Below, in pieces: positions 38,892-48,202 of a stretch of 64,000 bases of DNA. The translations under genes were made by a program, and so were the position numbers. This DNA is from Nemertoderma westbladi (lineage: Eukaryota > Animalia > Xenacoelomorpha): assembly GCA_032718475.1 (NCBI GenBank), contig JAUCBJ010005949.1, positions 49,638 to 113,637 of the forward strand, given 5' to 3'. The notes under the pieces are model-generated. The model did no database searches. It was not told the origin of the DNA and saw only the letters and a list, made by a program, of their open reading frames with translations. The first letter of the stretch is position 1; each line of letters begins with the position of its first letter.

Positions 38892-41410
38892 CCTCTGACA
38901 TTGAAGGCATGTTTCTGCAAGTTAAAGCATTACCTCGAGATCGAGATAGCCTACAATTTCTGTGGTGTCCTGAAGGAAACCTCAACCGAGAACCGGTGGA
39001 GTACTGGATGACCATCCAGGCTTTCGGGATCATATCTAGCCCCTCGAACGCTTGTTCGGTAGTGCGCACCACTGCCGACGATAATAGAGACGCCTTCTCT
39101 AAAGCGGTTATCGACAACATCAAATGAGATATTTACATAGATGACAACCTTAAGTCCCTCCCCTCGGTGGAAGAAGCAATTGAAGTTGCCAAGGAAACGG
39201 TAGAGTGCTTACAACGAGGTGGATTTCGCCTAACCAAATTAACTAGTAACTCCCATGAGTTTCTGGAATCGATCCCAGTGGAAGACCGATGTGTTAAAGA
39301 TCTTGACCTCATTAAGGAAGATCTCCCAGAAACCAAAACCCTTGGACTGAAATGGGACATGGAGAGAGACATTTTATTCTTCCAACTGAAACAACACCAA
39401 AATCCTGTTCGAACTAAACGGATTTGCCTGAGTAATCTGAGCACTTATTTCGACCCATTGGGATTCATTAGTCCCGTAATCCTAGTCGCTCGGAGTATGG
39501 TGCAATAAATGTGGCTCGAAAACCACTCTTGGGATGATCCACTCCAGGGAGAACTGCTAAAGAAGTGGATGAAGTGGGAGGATTCTTTACCAGCCATCGA
39601 GAACTTTAAGATTTCCCGCTCGTATTTCGGTCACGTTCTCGCCACGTATTTCTATCAACTCATGTTTTTGGAGACGCCAGCGATATCGGAATAGGTATAG
39701 TAGCCTACCTGAGGGTTGAAATTCCCGATGGAATTAAAGCCGCCTCAAAGGCCCTAATAAACAACAAACTGCGAGTCCCCAGAGCGGAGTTAAAAGAGGC
39801 ACTATATGCTACAGCCATCGGCCGGAATGTAACTGAACAGATCGAATATCCACTAGAGAAAACCATTTATTGGACTGACGCATTACTCATTCTGGAATAT
39901 ATCACTAATGAAGCCTGTCAGTTCAGGTTCTTTGTTACCAACCGAGTAGCTATTATACTCAGTCGCACTAATATAGATCAATGGAGACATTGCCCCAGGA
40001 ATGGCCCCCTCATCTCACCACGGCTGAGATTAGACAAGCCAAGTGAGCGGAAAAAGTCAAACCAAAAAACAGGATTGGGAAAATCTAAATTGTTCAAGCC
40101 AGCGATTGATCTGTCTGTGCTACATACCGCCAGTGACGCCACTGTGGATCCTAATCAACCAAAATCCATGGACGTTACCCGAGCCCCAAACAAATCAGTT
40201 GTTGAAATAAGGGAAAGAGATTGGAAGTCTTGAACACCAGATGTATCAAAGGTACTCTTTCCCCTCATCCAGAGAGTAATTGTGTATTTAAATCGATGTT
40301 TCCATCATCATTATTCCAGGATGAAGAACGCTAATGACTCCACCTCTGAAGTAGCTGAAAGGGTCCACACTACTAGAGACCTTCCCACTTATCGGCTACC
40401 TAATAAGTTTCTAACTGATAAAATCAGTTACCAAGAACATAACGATACCAACAAGCAAATGCTGAGACTCCTGCAATGTTATGAGAATTCCGAAAAATAT
40501 TTCCTGTTGTTGAGAAATCCACAGATGCGCTTAAGGGATTCTTTTTCTAGAACAATGATAGATGGGTTAATACATGTCGGAGGGAGATTAACCAATGCTC
40601 CATTGTCCTTTGACACTAAGTTTCCCATACTAATTAGAAATCTTGAAATACAAATCAAGATGATTGTAGATGTTCACAGTAAGCTTTACCATACTGGTAG
40701 AGAACGAGTTCTTAGCAAAATTCGAACTCGCTATTATTTCCATAAGCCCTGTAGAGCACTAAACCAAGTTCTTAGGAACTGTATACCATGTAGGAAAGCA
40801 TTTAGTAGGCCTTTAACACAGCGAGAGGCAGAATTACCTAGGGAAAGAGTAAGCTGTTATGAACCACCCTTTACCAATACCTGTGTGGATTTATTTGGCC
40901 CTATTGAAGTGTATCACGCTAGACTATAGTCAAGCGATGGTGCATCATCTTTGTTTGTATGACTTGTAGAGCGAACCATCTTGATATGGTGAACAATCTA
41001 TCTACCAACAGCTTCAAACTGAGTTTACGCCGACAAATCGCTCGTTTTGGGACTAGCAATACTATGAGATCTGACAAGGTACTAATTTCATCGTAGCCAA
41101 CAACGAGATCAAAGCTTACGTAAACAATTGGAACCTAAGACAGGTGGACGACAGCTGAGAGTAACAGCATCTAGCTGGACCTTCAACGCCGCCGACGCCC
41201 CTTGGTGTGGAGGAAGTTGGGAGAGACGTAGCATGAAGACCGCATTTCACTTCATAGTGCCGTGCCATGCTTATCTCACTGACGAACTTTTGCGGACGTT
41301 AATGAAGGAAATAGCCGACTATCTCAACGAGAGACCCCTTATGCAAGTCTCATCGAGTCCAGACTCCCTAGAAGCGCTAACACCCACGCATTTCCTACCA
41401 AAGAAACCAA
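38892..41410 (+). pseudogene. pol: RT-RNase H-integrase remnant of element D
   Basis: ORF pieces 38909..41484 align with B/C pol (MFLQVKAL, YFDPLGFISP, GGRLTNAPL, VDLFGP, LNERPL, ALTP.HFL) with stops and frameshifts; ends abruptly near a G run. Confidence 0.9.
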
Positions 41411-41983
41411 GAAAGAAAGGGGGGGGGGGGGTGTCCACTGGTAAAAGTGGAAGTCGTAAGTTACGAGCCATGAGTCGAAAGTGATTACTATCAAAGCCAT
41501 AGAAACTGAGAATCTTATTTTAAAGGAATAGAGATAGAAACTTTCGAATATTTGTCTCAAAAATATTTGCTTTCTAAATTTTAACGAAAAGACGAAAGCT
41601 TTTAAAGACCAACTACATTGAAACATGAAATGTACAAAATTTTATGCCACCCACATTGCCAAATAGTAAATAATTTTTTAACAAAATAACTCGTGCAGTT
41701 TAATGAGTCAATTATCATTAATTCTTCAATAAAAAAGCAAATACTGTTCAGTACCGGTATGTAGGCCTACAGTAACAGGTAAATATTACTTTCTTCAATA
41801 ATTATTATATATTACAAATAGGACTAGTACAGAGAAATAGAGATTAGATTTATTGCACATCATTAATTATAATTAACTAAATTAAATGACAATTTATTCT
41901 TCAGGATAATAAGAATCAATTTTACAACAGTAGGCCTATATAAATATAATATAATATAATATTTGCTTACAGTACTGTATGTA

Positions 41984-42625
41984 GTAGTACACGTTCGTGG
42001 GGACTTCGCGCAGCACGTAGTCGGCAAGCCTTGGCATACGGTTCATATAGAGCAAATGGGGCATGTCTAGTTTGGACCCCATATCCCATGCTATAAATGT
42101 ATTCATTCGATATACAATCATATGTTAATCCGCTAGGTGGTGTCAAATTGTTATACTGCAATTTCGTACTTACCAGTGCAGCACTGTACAGCAGTACCGT
42201 ACCGGTAGGCCTATGTCATTACTTCTGAGTCTCTAGCGGATCCCCAATTAAATGTCTTAACTTTTCAATTTCGTAAAAGATTGACTTCATGATTCTCTAC
42301 AGGCCACCAAAATTTCAGCTCAGGAAAATGAGGCCTTCCCGAGAAATTTAACATTTTCTAAAAACCACATAATCTGTCGTAGCTGACGTCAGACTGCATG
42401 ATTTTTCACCAAACTTTACAAACTTTCTAAACTTTCTCTCTACTACTTACCTACTAAGTTTGGTTCAATTCCGAACGAGCGATGCCGAGAAATTCGCGTT
42501 CAAACATTTACCAGACAGACGGACGGACAGACAGACAGACGGACAGACAGACAGACGGACATGCCCCATTTGCCCTATATGAACCGTATGCAAAGGCTCG
42601 CCGACTACGTGTCTCGTCCCACAGT
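41984..42625. mobile_element. Small non-autonomous element with 54-bp inverted repeats and a (GACA/GACG)n tract, MITE- or Helentron-associated-like
   Basis: 42014-42067 is the near-perfect reverse complement of 42558-42611; microsatellite at about 42513-42560. Family assignment is inference and the boundaries are approximate. Confidence 0.55.
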
Positions 42626-42904
42626 ATATCACAGTGAAAAAATACATGTATAATGATTATTATAAATAATCGTATAGGAAGTAGCTTCCTTTATAAATTA
42701 ATAATGAAAATTTATTATTTAACCACTTCGATTGTGGGAGCACCAAAAGAAATACGTGTCCTAATTAATCTACTGTACTGAAAGGCGGGTTAACTAACAG
42801 GAGGCAACAGGGCTGTCTGAAAAAGGAACAGAAGTTAAATTAGATGAATTAAATTAAAATAAAACAGGAAAAGGAAAAACTATCTGCCGGTGTTCGATGA
42901 GGAG

Positions 42905-45800
42905 GGTAGCGACAGAACGGGGTCCATGGTTCCGGGGATGGAGGCCATCCATCAGACAGGGCGGGGTGCATGGTTCCGGGGATGGAGGCCATCAGTCAGG
43001 GTGGGGTCCATGGTTCCGGGGATAGAGGCAGTAAGACAGGGCGGGGTCCATGGTTCCGAGGATGGAGGCCATCAGTCAGGGTGGGGTCCATGGTTCCGGG
43101 GATGGAGGCCATCAGTCAGGGCGGGGTCCATGGTTCCGGAGATGGAGGCTGTAAAAGCTTTTGCGGATATAACCAGTCATTTTCTCCGCAATATACTGTG
43201 TGGGTGTTTTAGCGGAAATAACAAGCCATTTTCCGCCGCAATGCGCCTAATACTCTAAAAGTCTGGAACTCAGATGACGAAATCTGTCAGCTGATTTACT
43301 GTAAACGTGGAACACCTCTTTGTTCAGCTCGCTCAGCCAATCAGAGCGATTTTCATTTTATCTTGTACAGAGGCCTACGGAAAACCGCGCAATGCATTAC
43401 GGTTTTTGTTTACCTTTTCTGAGCCTCGGAACATCGGCTTAGCAATTCTTCTGTACTTCTGTAGAAGTTTCAGACTTTGACCTACAGTAAACATCAGAAA
43501 CATCAGATGGCTTTGATTACAAGAACGTAAAACTATTAACGCAATTCAACTACGCAACACACCGCATCACACCGCAAGTCAGCATTGCTGCACATGGAAC
43601 ACTGCATCAGTAACACATACTGACTGTTCACCGCATTATTTTGCTTCTGTTATTAATTGGTGTTATGTTAATGTATATTGCTGATATATTTGGAGAATAC
43701 CGATGAATAATCATAAAACCCCCAATCTTCTTGATTACTGAAGGTTAGAGGAACAGGTTTACCGGTAGCAACTGCGACTTACATTATAGTGGTTTTTGTG
43801 TGAATTAAATGCTATTTCATGATCCCTACATGTGTCAGTTGCGATCCTCTTTATATATGATCAAATTCAGTGACGGTCGGCAGATCAGTGCGCAGTAGTG
43901 TGAAGTAGTGTGAAGTCGTGTGAAGTAGTGTGAAGGTTAATAAAGCATCTCCTAAAGAATGCGCTTTTACGAAACTCAGTAGCCATCCAGTTGTGATTAG
44001 TATAAGTCATAACTCTGTTTATACTTAAAGCGCCACATCCTAAAGGAACTGTTAATATTTCCCGAAAGTAAATATATTGTCAGAGATTATATAGTAACGA
44101 TCAATCGAATAATACAGTAGGTCTACACTGCAATCACTATCAAAGCATCCGAATCCAGTCTCCCTTAACTGTGGGTGAATGGTCGCGCACAGGTTGGCTT
44201 CGGCTGATGTAACTTCAGTACATTAAATAATTGATATACAAAAGACAATTAAAATTGGCAGGTTAAACTGCTAAAGGTCTAAAAGCGCGAACAGAGGCAG
44301 TCAGACAGGGCGGGGTCCATGGTTCCGGGGATGGAGGCCATCAGACAGGGCCGGGTCCATGGTTCTGGGGATGGAGGCCATCAGACAGGGCGGGGTCCAT
44401 GGTTCCGGGGATGGAGGCCATCAGACAGGGCGGGGTCCATGGTTCCGGGGATGGAGGCCATCAGACAGGGCGGGGTACATGGTTCCGGGGATGGAGGCCA
44501 TCAGACAGGGCGGGGTCCATGGTTCCGGGGATGGAGGCAGTAAGAAAGGGCGGGGTACATGGTTCCGGGGATGGAGGCCATCAGACAGGGCGGGGTCCAT
44601 GGTTCCAGGGATGGAGGCAGTAAGACAGGGCGGGGTACATGGTTCCGGGGATGGAGGCCATCAGACAGGGCAGGGTCCATGGTTCCGGGGATGGAGGCCA
44701 TCAGTCATCGCGGGTTACATAGTTCCGGGGATGGAGGCCATCAGACAGGGCGGGGTCCATGGTTCCGAGGATGGAGGCAGTAAGACAGGGCGGGGTCCAT
44801 GGTTCCGGGGATGGAGGCCATCAGACAGGGCAGGGTCCATGGTTCTGGGGATGGAGGCAGTCAGACAGGGCGGGGTCCATGATTCCGGGGATGCAGGCAG
44901 TCAGACAGGGCGGGGTCCATGGTTCTGGGGATGGAGTCAGTGAGACAGGGCGGGGTCCATGGTTCCGGGGATGGAGGCCGTCAGACAGGGCGGTGTCCAT
45001 GGTTCCGGGGATGGAGGCAGTAAGACAGGGCGGGGTCCATGGTTCCAGGGATGGAGGCCATCAGACAGGGCGGGGTCCATGGTTCTGGGGATGGAGGCAG
45101 TCAGACAGGATGGGGTCCATGATTCCGGAGATGCAGGCAGTCAGACAGGGGGGGTCCATGGTTCTGGGGATGGAGGCAGTGAGACAGGTCGGGGTCCATG
45201 GTTCCAGGGATGGAGGCAGTCACAGAACGGGGTCCATGGTTCCGGGGATGGAGGCAGTAATAAAGGACGGGGTCCATGGTTCCGGGGATCGAGGCAGTAA
45301 GAAAGGACGAGGTCCATGGTTCCGAGGATAGAGGCAGCAAGATAGGACGGGGTCCATGGTTCCAGGGATGGAGGCAGTCACAGAACGGGGTCCATGGTTC
45401 CGGGGATCGAGGCAGTAAGAAAGGGTGGGTTCCATGGTTCAGAGGATAGAGGCAGTCAGTCAGGGCGGGGTCCATGGTTCCGGGGATAGAGGCCATCAGA
45501 CAGGGCGCGGGCAGGGTCCATAGTTCCGAGGATAGAGGCAGTCAGACAGGGCGGGGCCCATGGTTCCAGGGTTGGAGGCTGTCAGACAGGGCGGGGTCTA
45601 TGTTTCCGGAGATGGAGGCCGTCAGACAGGGTGGGGTCTATGTTTCCTGGGATGGAAGCTGTCAGACAGGGCGGGGTCTATGTTTCCGGGGATGGAGGCA
45701 GTCAGACAGGGCGGGGTCCATGGTTCCGAGGATAGCGGCAGTCAAACAGGGCGAGCCCATTGTTCCGCGGGCAGAGGCAGTCAGACAGGGTGTGGTCCAT
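42905..45800. repeat. 40-bp G-rich minisatellite, interrupted by a solo LTR
   Basis: Unit GTCCATGGTTCCGGGGATGGAGGCCATCAGACAGGGCGGG, about 6 copies before and over 35 copies after the LTR. Confidence 0.95.
43150..44293 (+). mobile_element. Solo LTR (1144 bp) of a fourth subfamily
   Basis: TGTAAAAGCT...AAAGCGCGAACA, TSD GAGGC on both sides (43145-43149, 44294-44298), no internal sequence. Confidence 0.95.
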
Positions 45801-45825
45801 GCCATCCTGTTACGAACGGTATGAG

Positions 45826-46548
45826 TTACAGACTGTGGTCGGGCTCCTCTACAGTAACGGTTTCCATTTCGCTGTAGGGTTCTATGATTCTTTCGCGCTT
45901 TACCATGAACGGTTTCCAGCCATCTGAACCATCTCCTGTGGAATACATTATACGTTCCATCACAAGACACGGACCTAAATGTTTCTCCTTTAGCAGTTCG
46001 TTGCAACAACCTCTTCCACCATCTGGATAATACTTATGTTGTTTAGCCTTGCAGTCACCGATGTGTAGCAAAATCTTGTCACCACTGTTACGAGATTCCT
46101 TGTGGAACAATGCCAGGGAATCACATGGTAAAGTATTTGGGGGCTGCCCCACAGGGTATGTAGGTTCAACAATCACAATGTTGTTTGTGTTATCAACACC
46201 CATACATCTCATGCGATCAGTTTCGAATGTCAGTAGCGAATAAAATCGTTTTGACAAAGAACCCCTTATTCTATGTTCATATATGTATTGAGTAATTATC
46301 GTTTCCGTTGGAGGACTACGACGCCCCTCCTTCTCATAACTTTGGAAGGTTATATCGTTATTGTCTTTGTCGCACTCCAAGTATTGTGCGTTATAACCTT
46401 TGTTATCAATTTTCGTCTCACTTTTAAATTTACTTTCGTTATAAATTCTTATTTTATCTCCAGTTCTTCCTGTCCATTTGCATTCATCATCTTTCTCTTC
46501 ACAGACACCCGGACAACAACATAGGCATTTCTTCAGAAATTTCGCCAT
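45826..46548 (-). CDS. Probable host protein, 240 aa, unknown function; N-terminal Cys cluster; possible beta-trefoil (IL-1-like) fold
   Basis: ATG-started non-repetitive ORF with globular composition and a conserved paralog at the window start. The fold suggestion rests on weak motif resemblance only. Confidence 0.6.
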   Translation of the reverse strand: MAKFLKKCLCCCPGVCEEKDDECKWTGRTGDKIRIYNESKFKSETKIDNKGYNAQYLECDKDNNDITFQSYEKEGRRSPPTETIITQYIYEHRIRGSLSKRFYSLLTFETDRMRCMGVDNTNNIVIVEPTYPVGQPPNTLPCDSLALFHKESRNSGDKILLHIGDCKAKQHKYYPDGGRGCCNELLKEKHLGPCLVMERIMYSTGDGSDGWKPFMVKRERIIEPYSEMETVTVEEPDHSL

Positions 46549-47041
46549 TATTAATAAATTATTTTTATCACCACAATACAGTCACAATGTTGTGGTACAG
46601 TAGAATTGATTACAAATTGGAACACTGTATTAATTATTATTGATGTAACTTTTAAAATATTATTTTTGACAGATTTTAGGTTAGGGAATCCTGTATTTAT
46701 AAAGGCGAGATTGGTATTGGGATTCTTTTGGGATTGTTTACCACCCGTATTATTGATATTGAATGGGACTTTACCGTAATGGTGCCTATATGTACTCTTT
46801 GTGTGGGTGGTTAAGATAAGATAAGCTTAGTTAGTTATTTATAGTTCTATTTTTATACATTACCTCAGTACCTGCAATAAACACACTGACGTCCTAATGA
46901 ATTAATAATCTCCCTATTCTTTCCACCATAAACTATAAATGATATTATACTTCACAAAAGCTAAGCCTATATTCTAAAAGAAAATATATGACATTGTAAA
47001 AGCTTTTTCGGACAAAATAAGTCATTTTGCGCAATGCGCTT
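46445..47041. repeat. Segmental duplication copy 2, ending in the first 47 bp of a D-type LTR (46995-47041)
   Basis: Matches 1-847; the D-type LTR is cut off where the element C LTR begins. Confidence 0.9.
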
Positions 47042-48190
47042 TGTAAAGGCTTTTGCGTAATTAGCCGGTTATTTTCCCCGTAAAGTACTCTGTAGTTGGT
47101 TTAACAGGCATAAAAGGCCGTGTCCTTACTGTACTGTTGTTTTAGAGGACATAAAAGCCATTTCTTCTGTATGTGTACTTTAGCGGACATGATTAGCAAT
47201 TTTATGACGCAATGCGCCAAATCCTCTGGAAACAGTGTAGCTACCATGACGACGGCTAACAGCTGATGCTGTATACGTGGAGCTTTTTCTTTGTTCTCTG
47301 TTCCTTCTTTGTTCGGTCGACCAATCAGAGCGGTTTTTTGCCTCTGTGTTGGAGATTGTATATAGAAACTCGTGAAGTTGAGTCAGTATGTGATTTGTCC
47401 ACAGCCTACAACACCGGCTTTGGAACCTCCGTGTTTCAGTCTTTAGCCCAACATTAGTAGGCTTAATTATAGAACGTATATCCGTTATCTAACCAAATCG
47501 ATCATATCAATTTATACCTTAACGTTTTACTGCTTTTACTGTCGGTTATTCATTATATTTGTTGATGGAATATTATATTTGGAATACTGATCAATAATCA
47601 GACACCCCAATCTTCTTGATATACTAAAGGTTAGAGAGACCGGTTACATATAACGATTGCGACTTACATTAAGTGGTTTGAAGTGAATCTAATGCTATTT
47701 TATAGGCCCTACATGTATTGTCTGTTGTTCTCCTTATATGTGACTAAAATTAGTGAAGGTCGGCAGATTAGTGTGCAGCATTGTGCAGTATTGTGTATGA
47801 TCGTGATTGATAACAAAGCATCTCCTAAAGAATGCGCCATATACGCTAATCTATAGCCATCCCGTTGTGTCTAGTTTAAGTCATAACTCTGTTTATATAT
47901 TTAAAGCGCCACGTCCTAAAGGAACTGTTAATATTTCCCGAAAGTGAATAATATTTGTCAGAGATTATATATATTATGATCAGTCGAATAATACAGTAGG
48001 CCTACCCCGCAATACGGTTAGGCTTCCGAATCCAGTCTCCCGGGTATATCCAGCGGGTGAATGATCGCGCATAGACTGGCTTCGGCTAATGTAGTGTATC
48101 AAATACTTGTCATAGGCTAAAGACGATCTATTATCTAGAAGACATCCCAATTTGGCAGGTTAAACTGCTAAAGGTTTGAAAGCGCGAACA
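47042..48190 (+). repeat. 5' LTR of element C (1149 bp)
   Basis: TGTAAAGGC...GCGCGAACA; highly similar to the B LTRs. Confidence 0.92.
47321..47387 (+). promoter_or_regulatory. Putative LTR Pol II core promoter (CCAAT, TATA, TCAGT initiator)
   Basis: CCAATCAGAGCG at 47321 is conserved in all four LTR types (971, 8215, 43337); TATATAGAAA at 47359; TCAGT at 47383. Confidence 0.55.
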
Positions 48191-48202
48191 ATAACGGATA
48201 TA
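48191..48202 (+). promoter_or_regulatory. Non-tRNA primer-binding site of C (ATAACGGATATA), complementary to LTR 47477-47488
   Basis: Exact 12-nt reverse complement of TATATCCGTTAT. Confidence 0.8.

Larger units (their letters stand above)
801..41410 (+). mobile_element. Element D: old, decayed BEL/Pao LTR retrotransposon hosting elements A and B; 3' part not seen
   Basis: 5' LTR 801-2747, then collinear gag/PR fragments (3406-7925), linker/RT fragments (19908-20303) and RT-RH-IN fragments (38892-41410) that rejoin once A and B are removed (DELNEVV|ERYNNK; IAFAS|DIEGMFLQV). Confidence 0.85.

Noticed and set aside
43150-44293. This LTR as the missing 3' LTR of element D
   Set aside because: It has its own TSD (GAGGC) on both sides, no PPT, and clearly diverges from the D LTR.
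42890-45877. Many overlapping ORFs (MVPGMEAIRQGG...) and a CRISPR-like regular repeat
   Set aside because: They are translations of a 40-bp tandem repeat with no unique spacers and no cas genes, in a eukaryotic context.
47955-47975. Group I intron R-like word GTCAGAGATTATA, and RNase P-like AAGGTCTGA near the LTR end
   Set aside because: The partner elements (S/P7; the RNase P conserved regions in the right order) were not found, so the resemblance is treated as chance pending an Rfam search.
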